A stretch of 43,313 bases of DNA from a virus: UHGV virus genome UHGV-0213395. One strand, 5' to 3'. The translations under genes were made by a program, and so were the position numbers. Under the pieces are notes generated by a model. The model was not told where the DNA came from. It was given only the letters and a program-made list of their open reading frames with translations, and ran no database searches. Of the stretch, positions 32,894 through 43,255 are shown in pieces (position 1 is the first letter of the stretch; every line of letters starts with the position of its first letter).

Positions 32894-32897
32894 AGTT

Positions 32898-34829
32898 TTA
32901 AGCTATAGATGGAGTTTGACGCCAATTCGCCCCGTCAAAAACGTACATTATAGTGTCTCCGCCCGCAATGGTCTTACCAACCGCCCCGTTATTTGCGATT
33001 CCACCAGACCCTGGATTATGGTTCATAACGAACGAGATAGCGGATGCGTTTCGGATTATTAGAAGAAAACCTGGCTTAACCGGCTGACCATAGTCGTCAT
33101 TAATAGCAATACTGCTGAATGAACTGCCGGCGGATATCGCGGTGACAGACACAACCCCAGAGGGCCCCAAACTGTCGCCAACAATCATTGTAGCCGCAGC
33201 GCCGCTAAGATTCTGTTCTTTATACCCCGGCCTAGGTTTGCCGTTTCCTATTACTTTCGCCTTAACAGATGATAATCTATTATTAAGATAACTGTTACCG
33301 AGATTCATTGTCATTAGGTCACTGCGGTATTGACGGACTAGTTGGATATTTGACCCGCTAAAAAGCCCTACGGCGGCGCTAACCTCAAACGCAGTATCGG
33401 CGGGAGCGCCAGGTTTCAGGGACCCATAGAATCCTGTTACCATCAGTTGTTCACAGAAACCTGCAGCCATAAATTTCTGGCTATTTACTGCGGTTATACT
33501 ATCTAAACTAACATTGTGCAACGTGCCAGCCGAAGTGCCTTCGACGAGCACATCCGCATAAGTAGATCCTGAATAATTTGCCCCAACAATTTGCACGTCA
33601 TTAGCTACGTTTTCGGACTTAATCCGCATATGTATAGCGGAATCGATGCTTTGTAAGTTTGCGCAGGTAATACGCTCAAGTTGTGCGGTTGTGCTGTAAA
33701 TCCAAACACCTTGACTGGAAACACCATTACCGACATTAATGTGCCCGTCCAGCACCACATTTTTTGCCGTGCTGAACTCACTATCAGATTTAATGATAAC
33801 GCCAGTATCACAGCTTACGGTTATTACGCCTCTGGCAACAACGTTTCTTGACTTAATCGCGAGGCCAAAAAGATTATAACCGCCAGTTATTTGAGATACA
33901 TGCGCGGAATCGTAGCCTTCAACAAGAACGCTGTGGTACGGGTCCGAACCGGAAAGGCCCGCGGCAACTACATCTTGAACAATACAAGACCCACCAGCAT
34001 AGTTATCGGTCGATAACACCAGACAATCTCCGGGGGAGCCTGTAGGCCTACGCACACCAAGTGACTTAATAATCACCTGGCTTGCGGAAAATCTTAAATT
34101 GCCAATTATAACAGACCCGTTAGACATAGAATTGGAGATAAGATTGTAATCAGGACGTCTGTCACCGATTATTGTTACGGGTGAAGTTATAATACCGCCA
34201 TTCCAAACATAAGATTTTGCGGGGATTCTTAACGCGATACCGTTGCTTGAGCAATAGTCAATAGCCTGTTGCAAAGGCGCGGTGTCGTCGGTAACACCAT
34301 CACCCACCGCGCCGAAATCATCGGGTGTCATATACCCTATTTTGAAATGGTCAACCTCGCCTTGCACTGTGCGACCCGAAGACGTACCGACTAGCCCTGC
34401 GCCAGTGCTTAGGGCCAAATCACGGCGCAATGCAGCTTCACTAACGGAAACCCATGCGGTCTGGCCTACTCCGCCCGTAGACGCCGGGGTTGAAGATGCC
34501 GGGATGGTTTTTGGCAGGGCACCTTTCCATGCATAATAGTTGCCGTCGCCTGATGGCCCTGGCCACAACACCGCCAGGTCAGCGTCGTTAACGCCCAAAG
34601 TCCCACCTGTTTCGAATGTGAATGGCGCAGGTCTGAACCCGGCGTCACGCAACACGGCCGGGAGCGTCTTCTGAGTCTGCCCTGTAACCTGATTTGTCGC
34701 GTAATCGATATCAGCACCCGTAGCTACACCGCCAGCTTTACCGGTGATAACCTCGGCTTCAAAAATTTGGTGTTTCTTGGCGGTTTGTAAATCCGCCAGG
34801 CTTAAAACGTCACCGCATCCGCTTGACAT
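32898..34829 (-). CDS. tailspike / tail fibre with beta-helix (pectate-lyase-like) domain candidate (643 aa)
   Basis: Last gene of tail module; Gly/Asn/Ser/Thr-rich repetitive composition typical of right-handed beta-helix receptor-binding proteins. Confidence 0.6.
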   Translation of the reverse strand: MSSGCGDVLSLADLQTAKKHQIFEAEVITGKAGGVATGADIDYATNQVTGQTQKTLPAVLRDAGFRPAPFTFETGGTLGVNDADLAVLWPGPSGDGNYYAWKGALPKTIPASSTPASTGGVGQTAWVSVSEAALRRDLALSTGAGLVGTSSGRTVQGEVDHFKIGYMTPDDFGAVGDGVTDDTAPLQQAIDYCSSNGIALRIPAKSYVWNGGIITSPVTIIGDRRPDYNLISNSMSNGSVIIGNLRFSASQVIIKSLGVRRPTGSPGDCLVLSTDNYAGGSCIVQDVVAAGLSGSDPYHSVLVEGYDSAHVSQITGGYNLFGLAIKSRNVVARGVITVSCDTGVIIKSDSEFSTAKNVVLDGHINVGNGVSSQGVWIYSTTAQLERITCANLQSIDSAIHMRIKSENVANDVQIVGANYSGSTYADVLVEGTSAGTLHNVSLDSITAVNSQKFMAAGFCEQLMVTGFYGSLKPGAPADTAFEVSAAVGLFSGSNIQLVRQYRSDLMTMNLGNSYLNNRLSSVKAKVIGNGKPRPGYKEQNLSGAAATMIVGDSLGPSGVVSVTAISAGSSFSSIAINDDYGQPVKPGFLLIIRNASAISFVMNHNPGSGGIANNGAVGKTIAGGDTIMYVFDGANWRQTPSIA

Positions 34830-34841
34830 ATAGAGTCCTCT

Positions 34842-37409
34842 TTAATTAAAACCATTGCTGAATCCGTCGGAGAAACCGCTGCCGTATGGCGCGACGCCGT
34901 CGTATTTATAGAATCCGTCATCATAGTTGTAGCCCGTAATCTTGACCGTGCGGTCGTCGCCGGGGTCGATTGAAGAAACAACTATCTTCTGAGCATTATG
35001 CCTTGCTTCGTTGCCGAATGAAAACTCAGTTTTTAGCGCACTATTCCCCGTGTAGATTGCCTCCTCCGGCGCGGAGAGCATAATCACTTCGCGGTCGTGG
35101 CTTCCTTTGATAACAGAAATACTCTGCACAGAGCCGTCGCGCTTCTTAAGAATGATGGAATGGTCATCACCAGGAGTAAACGTAACCGGCTGCGACAGCG
35201 TAAGCGTAAGCCCATTAACGGCGACAACATAACCATCCTGCGGCGCGATGCGGGAGCCTTTAACCACGCTGATTACGCCGCCGGGAGTAGCTAGAGCGCC
35301 TTCTTCGGTAGCTTCGAACTCTACGACAACTTTACTTAACGCATTGCGCTGGTAGCGACGCCACGCCAGCCAGTACGCTTGCTGATAGTTACGTACACCC
35401 TTCGATTCGTACTCCTCGGTGTTCGCGCCGAGTTCTTCCGGGATATAAATCGTCTCCTGTACGTTTGTATCCGGGTCAATGTACGAGAACGACAGGCTAT
35501 CGTAGGTTGTCGAATCGTTGAACGTGCGCGTCCATTTCTCCGTACCGGTCGTTTTGCTGCGGTGGGTGAAAACCATCTCAGGCCCCGCAACAGGACGGTC
35601 GAATCGCAGCATAATATCAGCACCTTTACGGTATGCCGTACAAAACACGGCTTCCGCGATGGTCTGAACGATGTCTTGCATGGTTGTGTCGTAGTCGTCG
35701 AATGTGTAGCAGAACTGCCCGGCTAATTCACTGTCAAAATACGACTCAATTTCTTCCTGCACGGCAAGTAACTTGTCCATATTTGCCGTTGTCAGTTCCA
35801 GATTACCCACCACAGGGTCACGCGCCAGCCTGATTAGCGACTGCACGGCCTGAGTGTTCGGTGTCATTACCGTATCGAATACGCCGTTACCTAAGTATTT
35901 GTAGCACATCTCGGTAGCAATCATGCGCAGTTCCGGTTCTGACACCTCCGCGGCACGTGGCGTTTGTTTACGAGCGCAGTGTACGGTGGTTCTGTTGCCG
36001 TAGTGTGGGGTTGTGTCCAGAGACTGCCCGTACAGATTAGTGAAAGTAACCTCATCACTAACAGTACCTTCAAAATCTTTATCGGTGTCGGAAACACGAC
36101 GCATACGGGCGCGGAATCTGGAAGCAGTTGGTAAACTTCCGTAAAGAGTAATACCTGTGTAATCCGTGTTCCGGCCTGTTACGGTTCCTTGTACAGTAAA
36201 TATATCACCTACAGGCTGTTTCAGCTCATCAACCATCTGGTATTGCAGTTCCACTGTCACTGAAGCGCGGTTATAGTCGCCGTTGTATTTATACATGCCG
36301 TTGCTGGCGGCGACATTGGCTACAACACGGTCGACAGTACCGCGGGTGATGTACGCCCATTCAGAGAGAGAAGCCGCGTAAGTGTCCGCCGGGCCTATAA
36401 GATGGTTACCCTCTTCACCTATAAACCACACAGACGCCCCTAGCTGGTTCCATACTGATTGATTTGTACTGACGTCCACAATAAGGGTGGTTTCACTAAC
36501 CGAAAGAACCGTGTACCTCCCGTCCAGGTTAACCTCATTACCCAAAGACCCTGGGGTTGTATCTGCATATACGTTATCGAAGTATGCCAGGTCCCCGACC
36601 GCCAAAAACTCATCGAAACCAGCGTCATCGCCTACTACAACGCCGGTTGTTCCCTGCCGCTGGACAGTGTAGTCCTGCACGTCTATAGCGATATCATTAG
36701 GGGCGGGAAGAACAGCGCCATCGACATCGGCGTTTTTAAATGTAACGTACAATTTCTGGTCTATAGGGTCGCCGATATGCAATTGTGGTGTGCTGGTGTT
36801 ATTCGGCGAAGTGTAAGGAGAATACACCGTCACCGACGAGCCAGTTATCTCGCTGATTCGGGTATCTGCCTCAGTTACACCGTCTTCCTCAATATGCAGA
36901 TACCCTCGACCGGCGTCATAGTACGCATATTCAATAAGCGCACCCGCGGCATTAAACACCTTATATGTCTGCATCAGGTCATTGGGGATGGTCTGCACTG
37001 TCCCGCAGATATCATAGGAACGCTCATAAGGTCGTGGCTTGTTTGAGCGGTCGGTGAGACTGTTGTTAGGCGACGTAGCCTGATTGTTGGTAGCGGAATA
37101 ATTAGCGTTAGCCGCTGTGTTTAGCCCGAACAATTTGGCGATTGGCTTAAGGATGAAACTGAATACACTCCCGATGGCGTCGCCAATGCCGCCGCCAGCG
37201 CCCTCAATAATGTGGTACACGGCGTCCTCGTCTTTGAGCGCGTCGAAGTCGTCTGTAACATCAGTATCATCACCAATCTCGCCAAGATAGACGCGTACCG
37301 GAACGCCGTCCGGGATACGGTTAACGACAAACTCCATCGGCATCCCGACGTGTTTTGTACGGTTGAAAGCGCCATCAGCGTTTCGCGTGTAGTGCAGGAT
37401 TATCGCCAA
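34842..37409 (-). CDS. central tail fibre / host specificity protein (lambda J-like, 855 aa)
   Basis: Large tail-tip gene following the K-like peptidase gene; lambda-type order. Confidence 0.6.
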   Translation of the reverse strand: MAIILHYTRNADGAFNRTKHVGMPMEFVVNRIPDGVPVRVYLGEIGDDTDVTDDFDALKDEDAVYHIIEGAGGGIGDAIGSVFSFILKPIAKLFGLNTAANANYSATNNQATSPNNSLTDRSNKPRPYERSYDICGTVQTIPNDLMQTYKVFNAAGALIEYAYYDAGRGYLHIEEDGVTEADTRISEITGSSVTVYSPYTSPNNTSTPQLHIGDPIDQKLYVTFKNADVDGAVLPAPNDIAIDVQDYTVQRQGTTGVVVGDDAGFDEFLAVGDLAYFDNVYADTTPGSLGNEVNLDGRYTVLSVSETTLIVDVSTNQSVWNQLGASVWFIGEEGNHLIGPADTYAASLSEWAYITRGTVDRVVANVAASNGMYKYNGDYNRASVTVELQYQMVDELKQPVGDIFTVQGTVTGRNTDYTGITLYGSLPTASRFRARMRRVSDTDKDFEGTVSDEVTFTNLYGQSLDTTPHYGNRTTVHCARKQTPRAAEVSEPELRMIATEMCYKYLGNGVFDTVMTPNTQAVQSLIRLARDPVVGNLELTTANMDKLLAVQEEIESYFDSELAGQFCYTFDDYDTTMQDIVQTIAEAVFCTAYRKGADIMLRFDRPVAGPEMVFTHRSKTTGTEKWTRTFNDSTTYDSLSFSYIDPDTNVQETIYIPEELGANTEEYESKGVRNYQQAYWLAWRRYQRNALSKVVVEFEATEEGALATPGGVISVVKGSRIAPQDGYVVAVNGLTLTLSQPVTFTPGDDHSIILKKRDGSVQSISVIKGSHDREVIMLSAPEEAIYTGNSALKTEFSFGNEARHNAQKIVVSSIDPGDDRTVKITGYNYDDGFYKYDGVAPYGSGFSDGFSNGFN

Positions 37410-37765
37410 AATTCAATCTCCGTGTACGTGTCTCTGAGATCCGCCAGCCTGTCAAGCCGTACCTGACGGGACGCAAGCTCGCAATGGCTCACCATCCCGT
37501 CGAAGTAAACTCCTGCGTGCCACACGATACGACCGCCGCGGCGATACCCCATAAGCACCGCACAGAAGTTTTCAGGCTTATCAATTTTTGTAAGTCCCTT
37601 CGTGTTGCGATGTCCTTCGTCGAACGCTTCGTTAATCGCCGTTGGGCTTGCAACGTCGAACGCCGGGGTTTCTAACCCGGCATCGGCCCGTACAATGCGA
37701 ACGTGATGCCAGCAATTGCGCTTGCGAAAGTCGTAAGGTATGCCCGTGTAGTCGTTAATATTCAT
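37400..37765 (-). CDS. NlpC/P60-family tail assembly protein (lambda K-like, 121 aa)
   Basis: Cys-His-containing NCWHHV ... HAGVY arrangement; position between L-like and J-like genes. Confidence 0.55.
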   Translation of the reverse strand: MNINDYTGIPYDFRKRNCWHHVRIVRADAGLETPAFDVASPTAINEAFDEGHRNTKGLTKIDKPENFCAVLMGYRRGGRIVWHAGVYFDGMVSHCELASRQVRLDRLADLRDTYTEIEFWR

Positions 37766-38277
37766 GTGGTCAACAGGCCGCGTAATAACGGTATCTCTTT
37801 AGGTGTCATCAGTATACCAGTGCTTCGCTGGTTCAGCATAGGTGTACCAACATCCGCGGAGAACTCGCCCTTCTCCTGGTTGATGGCCTGCAACTCATAC
37901 ATGACAGGACCGTCAGCCGGATAAGACAGGTCTGTGCTGACGTAACGACGGAAGACGAACTTCGGCAACTCGGTGTTACTCATAGGGATTTTATCCATCT
38001 CATCGTCAAGTTGATTGAGAATATCCGGTAAAGTAAACGTAGTCGTCTGGTCCATATCACTGTTGTTAGCCGCCCCCGACGCCTCCATCGGGGTTGGCTC
38101 GAACGTGATAATTTCGCCTGTCTCCAGTGTTGCCGTGAGTTCCTGTAGCCCACGAACAAGATAGTACGTCTTTGACAACAACGGGTGGCTGATTTGCAAC
38201 GTGATGTAGTCCATCTCGCCGTCGGGATTTGAGGCCAGCTTACGGCGATAGGCGGCTTCTACAGATTCCTGGCTCAT
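37762..38277 (-). CDS. minor tail protein (lambda L-like position, 171 aa)
   Basis: Position in tail-tip cluster; overlapping stop/start with neighbours. Confidence 0.45.
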   Translation of the reverse strand: MSQESVEAAYRRKLASNPDGEMDYITLQISHPLLSKTYYLVRGLQELTATLETGEIITFEPTPMEASGAANNSDMDQTTTFTLPDILNQLDDEMDKIPMSNTELPKFVFRRYVSTDLSYPADGPVMYELQAINQEKGEFSADVGTPMLNQRSTGILMTPKEIPLLRGLLTT

Positions 38278-38280
38278 AAA

Positions 38281-39681
38281 TTAACCGTCCACATTAAAAT
38301 CAATACGAGTGATGTACTTGCTACCCCACGCGGAATCAGCCTGCGGGATGGTTGCGTAATCATCTGCCGCCAGAACGTTTACCACAGAGCCGTCGGAATA
38401 GGTAATGTCGATGCTTGTCGCGCCGTTCATTGCCACTTTTGCTGATGCCGTTGGACGAGTTACCGGTGACTCCTCGGTCACTATCGGGGAGGAGGCAAAC
38501 TCTGAAGGCTCCATCTGGATTAGGGCTATAATGAACCCACTGACATCATCCCCTGTGAAGGTGAGGGAGTTAGACGGAGACAACATGTTTATCTGCGAAT
38601 AAATCAATCCGCCGGAGTCGTTAGTGTCCGCTGACATTGAAACGTGATACCACCCACCACCAAGATTGCTTACGAACGACCTTGAGGTGTCGCCTGATAT
38701 CAAATAGCCGGAGGCTAAGTCAACATAGGCATACTGGAAATTATCTAAAGCGGCTCGGTTGCCGATGACTACCGCTGCCGACTGGTACTCATCTGCTTTT
38801 ATAATAGCACTAATAGAGTATCTTGTTTCTTGTTCTGGGGCCTCTGCCTTGTTTATATAATGGTTACCTGATACCGACGTTGCGGTTAATTTAGCAGCAT
38901 AAGTTTCTTGGAATAACGCCAAAGAACTCGCCGTGGTTGTTGTTCTGGTACGTGAAAATGATGTAGATAGTAAGTTGTTAGAATGTTCTACCACATTGGT
39001 AGCAGCCTTTTCCGGCGGCACACGCCCAACTGCAGTTCCGTCAATAAACGTAAGAGGCCATTCATTAGTGGCGGACTGCACAAGATTGCCGTTGCGGTTG
39101 ATGTAATAAACCTGCGGCCCTTCATACACAATGCGGCTATCAAGAGTCGACGCCAGAAGGTTAATCGGCGGATATCCGGCAGGGCCTTCATTACTCCAGA
39201 TTCGTGGAAACGTTGATTGCGCGGTTCCGTAGGCTTTAAGGAAACACCCCAGCCCGTCACCATAGCAACCATACAAATCCGGCAGATTATTGACAAGACA
39301 CTGGTTCTCGAGGTCCTGGAACGGGGATTTCTCGGCGGTTGCCGTGAAAGTAATCGTCCAGTTAATGCCGTCTTCGGTGGACTCCGCGATGGTGGACGTG
39401 ATGGTTACCTGATAATCTTCAATACCCATGCCGAAGTCATGCGCCATCCAGAAACTTGACGCGCCGCCGTCCACTTTCTCAAGGAACGACAGGAACGCCT
39501 GTCGCCCTAGTGCAGATGTAATCAGAGTTACGCTTATTGGGAACACATCATAATACGTGTCACGGCCTTGACGCACTCCGCCACCGGCTAAATCTACACT
39601 CCAGACGTTGTTGCGTCTGGTCATTGAGTAGCCTTTCGATACCACCGGCTTAAGGCTACGTGGGAAATATAAGTCGCTCAT
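38281..39681 (-). CDS. tail tip protein (distal tail protein candidate, 466 aa)
   Basis: First gene after tape measure, 1-nt overlap with its stop. Positional call. Confidence 0.5.
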   Translation of the reverse strand: MSDLYFPRSLKPVVSKGYSMTRRNNVWSVDLAGGGVRQGRDTYYDVFPISVTLITSALGRQAFLSFLEKVDGGASSFWMAHDFGMGIEDYQVTITSTIAESTEDGINWTITFTATAEKSPFQDLENQCLVNNLPDLYGCYGDGLGCFLKAYGTAQSTFPRIWSNEGPAGYPPINLLASTLDSRIVYEGPQVYYINRNGNLVQSATNEWPLTFIDGTAVGRVPPEKAATNVVEHSNNLLSTSFSRTRTTTTASSLALFQETYAAKLTATSVSGNHYINKAEAPEQETRYSISAIIKADEYQSAAVVIGNRAALDNFQYAYVDLASGYLISGDTSRSFVSNLGGGWYHVSMSADTNDSGGLIYSQINMLSPSNSLTFTGDDVSGFIIALIQMEPSEFASSPIVTEESPVTRPTASAKVAMNGATSIDITYSDGSVVNVLAADDYATIPQADSAWGSKYITRIDFNVDG

Positions 39682-42008
39682 TATTTAAACCCCGGCGCAT
39701 TTCTTGTGGCCTTGCGGGCCTTGCTAATCTTACTGTTACTGTTCTGCAAAGAGGCAGCCACTTGCTCCTCGATGATGATACGCAAACGGCCTTCATCATC
39801 TTGCTCAGTGGATACGTTGCCGATTTGAGAACTCGTGTTGTTTACGATAGTAACATTAGACGGTCCGGAAGAAGACCCGTTTTGCCCCATAATTTCTTTC
39901 ATCTGCTGTGCGGTGCGTACACGTGACGCACCAGCGGGCATGATAACTTCTGGTTTACCGCGTTCGGCGATGGTTGAAGCCTGCCCCGCGGATAACTGTC
40001 CGCCCTGTTCACGTGCGGACCTGATAGCGGAAATCTGCGCCATACCCGCCCCAACGGCAGCAGCGGCAGCTACAGGAGCCAGGAACGGGCCAACTACAGG
40101 GATAGCCGCTGTTGACTTATACGCCTCAATAGCCGCGGTGTACGTGGCTATAGTGGCCTGCACGATAGCGAATGCCTTGTACGCGCCAGAAGCCTCGCCC
40201 AAAGCCGAACCGATGTTTGAGGCCATGTTACCGAAGGCCGTTGCCGTTGCGTCGGCACGCTTCGTGGCGTACTGCTCGTTGATGGCATTAAGCGCAGCCT
40301 GATACTGCTTCTCACTAATCAAACCCTGCTCGCGGTACTTATCTGCTACCGACAGTTTCTGCTGTTCCTGGATGTCGAGAAGCTCAAGCTCAGCGGCGTT
40401 CTGACCCATAATCTGGGCCATGAAGTCGTCGCCTTTCTGCTGCTTTTCCTGCTGCTCTTTTCTTTTCTTATCCAGTTCTTCCTGTCTGGCCTGCTCGGCG
40501 GTGAGCATAATTTGAGTTTTGGCGTTTTCGTACTGCTGCTGGCTTATCGTTCCGGCGCGGTTGAACTCTTCAAGTTTCGCCAGTTTCTGTTCTTCTGCCG
40601 CTGTGATACGTGAAATTTCGTCTCCGGTTGTGCGGTCGACAGTAGCCAGGAAATCTTCCGCCGCTTTTTTCTGACGTTGTGCCGCTGTTTCTTCGCGTTT
40701 GGCTTGTGCCGCCAGACGTTCCTCGTTCGATTTAGCCTCGCGGTCGGCCTTCTCTTTCTCGGTCTTGTCAATGCGGGCGATGTCTTGCTGCGCTTCCGCG
40801 TCGCGGGCCGCATTATACGCGGCTATCTGTTCTTTGGTGACGGCTTCACGTTTAGCGAACGCCTGTTTATCAAGTTCAGCTTGCGCCCGGATACGCTCAC
40901 GGTCGCTTAAGATGGCGATTTGCTGGTTTTTGACGATAGCTTCGTTCTGTTCCTGGAATCTCTGCGTGGTTGAGTTGACGTTGCGACCAAGATTCTTTTG
41001 GGCCTCTGCCGCCGCGTTTGCTGACTTCTCCGCGTTCTCCAGTGCCGTGGCGTTCTTGTTGGCGTTGTCCGTCAGGCGGATAAGTTCCGGGTTCAACTGT
41101 TTTGTGTTACCGAGCCAGTCGGTAAACACATCGGCGATGCGACGGGCATTCTCGGCGGTTGGCTCTTTGTTAAACGCACTCTGCGCCGCTATCATCTCCA
41201 GCGCCTGGTCACGGTTAACTCCGAACTTACTGCTAAGCTCCGCGATATTCTGCGCCAGCATGTTGACGCCTACGATGTTGCCCTCGTAAGTGCCGCCGAG
41301 TTTTTCTAATGTGTCGCCTACATCTGCGCCCTTAGAGACTAATGCATCATACTGGCTAATCGCCGATGCCGTGGAGGCTTTCCACGTTTCCCATGATTCG
41401 GCATCTTCACGAACAGCTTTAGCGGTTTGCTGCGCGATAAGGTCCGCGTTAGCCTTAGCCAGAGCAAGCTGAGTCTCCGCTGCTTCTCTGCTGATTTGGG
41501 TAAGCTGGATAAGGCCGTCTGTCAGCTCGAGAGAGCCAGATGCCGTTTGCTGGAAAGTATCTTTTAACTGTTTCTGCGCGGCTTCGAGGTCTTTTGAACT
41601 GCCTTCTGCTTCGGTTAGTGATTTATACAGTACTCCACCAACAGCCGACGCTAGTGCGATTACGGCCCCAAGCACAGCACCACCAGGGCCGAAAGCACCC
41701 GCAAGTTGCGAACCTTGCTGGCCTATTGCCACAAATGCTGACGTACCGGATTGCAGCTGGACAACCATGTCCTGCACCTGGAAGCCTACCTGCCCGGCAG
41801 CGTTACGGAACTTAGCGAAACCGTCAGAAGCCGCTTTAGACGTAGCGGAGTTTACTTTATTAACGTCCGGAGTCAGCTTGTTTACCGCGGTATCAGCGCG
41901 GTCTGCAGACGACGCCATAGCGTCAAGCTGTTTGGCAGCTACGTCAGCACCTTCTGTTTTTACTCTGGCGATTAGGGAAGCCGTATCAGCCATCTTCTCT
42001 GCCCTCAA
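39681..42008 (-). CDS. tail tape measure protein (775 aa)
   Basis: Long Ala/Gln/Glu/Lys-rich helical protein with a Gly/Ala-rich hydrophobic C-terminal region; preceded by chaperone ORF pair. Confidence 0.8.
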   Translation of the reverse strand: MRAEKMADTASLIARVKTEGADVAAKQLDAMASSADRADTAVNKLTPDVNKVNSATSKAASDGFAKFRNAAGQVGFQVQDMVVQLQSGTSAFVAIGQQGSQLAGAFGPGGAVLGAVIALASAVGGVLYKSLTEAEGSSKDLEAAQKQLKDTFQQTASGSLELTDGLIQLTQISREAAETQLALAKANADLIAQQTAKAVREDAESWETWKASTASAISQYDALVSKGADVGDTLEKLGGTYEGNIVGVNMLAQNIAELSSKFGVNRDQALEMIAAQSAFNKEPTAENARRIADVFTDWLGNTKQLNPELIRLTDNANKNATALENAEKSANAAAEAQKNLGRNVNSTTQRFQEQNEAIVKNQQIAILSDRERIRAQAELDKQAFAKREAVTKEQIAAYNAARDAEAQQDIARIDKTEKEKADREAKSNEERLAAQAKREETAAQRQKKAAEDFLATVDRTTGDEISRITAAEEQKLAKLEEFNRAGTISQQQYENAKTQIMLTAEQARQEELDKKRKEQQEKQQKGDDFMAQIMGQNAAELELLDIQEQQKLSVADKYREQGLISEKQYQAALNAINEQYATKRADATATAFGNMASNIGSALGEASGAYKAFAIVQATIATYTAAIEAYKSTAAIPVVGPFLAPVAAAAAVGAGMAQISAIRSAREQGGQLSAGQASTIAERGKPEVIMPAGASRVRTAQQMKEIMGQNGSSSGPSNVTIVNNTSSQIGNVSTEQDDEGRLRIIIEEQVAASLQNSNSKISKARKATRNAPGFK

Positions 42009-42347
42009 ATATTCCGTCTAAGCCCATGATAACCTCGGCTTCGAACAAACTTATGCCGTAACCGGCGACATCACGAAACGCTACCAAATCTTGCCATTTG
42101 AGCGCATCGCGCGGGATTATAACGATAGTATCATCTGTTTCGCGCTGTAGGAATTTAATGGCACGGTATTTCTCGAACACGTCGATAAGAGAAACGGGGC
42201 ATTCTGGCCCCGTCGCTTCTTTCATCTGCGGTTCTTTAATCACGCCCATTGCAATCAAAGCCGCCTGGTGGCCCGCCGCGATGTCGTCGAATTGCTTACG
42301 TTTGTGGCGGTCGACAAAGCACCATTGCGCAAATTCATACAGCGCTT
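41986..42347 (-). CDS. tail assembly chaperone T-frame extension (expressed by -1 frameshift from the G frame)
   Basis: -1 frame is open from the G stop through to an overlap with the tape measure start; the track start is only a TTG. Confidence 0.45.
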
Positions 42348-42764
42348 TTACTTTTCCGAGAGTTTCTCACGGCTATCGGTGTGATGCTTAACTACGGCCT
42401 CTGCCAACCCACTGTACTGGTCGAACAGGTTAGCAAGCGCCTCTTTGCTGAATGGTTCGTCGAATGACCAACCGGTGACGATTTCCACGGCAAGCTGCTT
42501 GTTCAGGTCCATCACCCGCCAGCCCTTCTCATCATTATAGCGCGCCCAGTTATTCAGCGCCTCGCACTCTTTATCTAATGGCGCAAGTTCTTCCGTAAGG
42601 CGTCGAATTGCCGTTGTGTAGGCACGGCCCGCACGAACACCAGCGTCACAATCGGGGCCGATGACCTGCAACCATTCACCGGAATCTTTACCACTGGGCA
42701 GAAGGATAGGCATTTTAGTACCGGCGGCGTGGCGGTCGGCAAAATAGAAATCAGAAAGTTTCAT
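42348..42764 (-). CDS. tail assembly chaperone (G-like, 138 aa)
   Basis: Immediately upstream of tape measure; ends ...SEK with GGAAAAG heptamer at the stop. Confidence 0.55.
   Translation of the reverse strand: MKLSDFYFADRHAAGTKMPILLPSGKDSGEWLQVIGPDCDAGVRAGRAYTTAIRRLTEELAPLDKECEALNNWARYNDEKGWRVMDLNKQLAVEIVTGWSFDEPFSKEALANLFDQYSGLAEAVVKHHTDSREKLSEK
42351..42357 (-). other. candidate -1 programmed frameshift site GGAAAAG
   Basis: Heptamer is rc of plus CTTTTCC, occupying the last two G-frame codons before TAA; the -1 frame is open downstream. Confidence 0.4.
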
Positions 42765-42871
42765 TCTTTAGTCCTTTGGTTAAGAGGTTACTGGTTATGG
42801 TTAATGCGCCAGGCGGGAACCACCCGCTTTTCGTGTGCGACACTAGGCGCAAACTTATTCTAGCACACTAC

Positions 42872-42900
42872 TTGCACACCCCAATATAATAGGGTACTAT
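42872..42900 (+). promoter_or_regulatory. conserved early promoter, copy 2 (TTGCAC-N17-TACTAT)
   Basis: Identical over ~33 bp to the copy at 8681-8709; GAGG SD and ATG 42929 downstream. Confidence 0.55.
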
Positions 42901-42928
42901 TCACATGTAACTTACTGAGGAAATAATT

Positions 42929-43255
42929 ATGCGTAAATTAGTACTAGCTCTGGGTTTTATGTCTTTTGCTACTTTTGGGGCCCCGTGCGAACAGGTATTT
43001 AGTGAATCTGTTCTTATGACTTCTGGTGTGCTTGATAAAGCCGACCCTACTATTGTAAAGGCATTTAAGGACTCCACAGTCCGTGAATGCGAGGCCGCCG
43101 TAGATGTCGGTAAATCGGGCCTACCTCCGCAAGCCGTAACATACACGGTAATACGTTCGGTAGAGAAAACCGGAGACGCGTTTTACAGCCTTCTGACAGC
43201 CACCCGTCTGCAAATGGTAATGACTGGATGGGCAATAGGCGCAGAAAGTAAATAG
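42929..43255 (+). CDS. small secreted/periplasmic protein (108 aa, signal peptide)
   Basis: MRKLVLALGFMSFATFGA then PCEQ: cleavable signal peptide without lipobox; two Cys in the mature part; lower GC than flanks. Confidence 0.6.
   Translation: MRKLVLALGFMSFATFGAPCEQVFSESVLMTSGVLDKADPTIVKAFKDSTVRECEAAVDVGKSGLPPQAVTYTVIRSVEKTGDAFYSLLTATRLQMVMTGWAIGAESK

Noticed and set aside
40699-41289. 196-aa plus-strand ORF inside the tape measure gene
   Set aside because: Ala/Ser-rich antisense shadow of the repetitive tape measure coding sequence.
42802-42820. Short hairpin GCGGG-AACCA-CCCGC followed by TTTT upstream of promoter copy 2
   Set aside because: Only a 5-bp stem and no upstream plus-strand gene to terminate; could insulate against antisense read-through but evidence is too weak.
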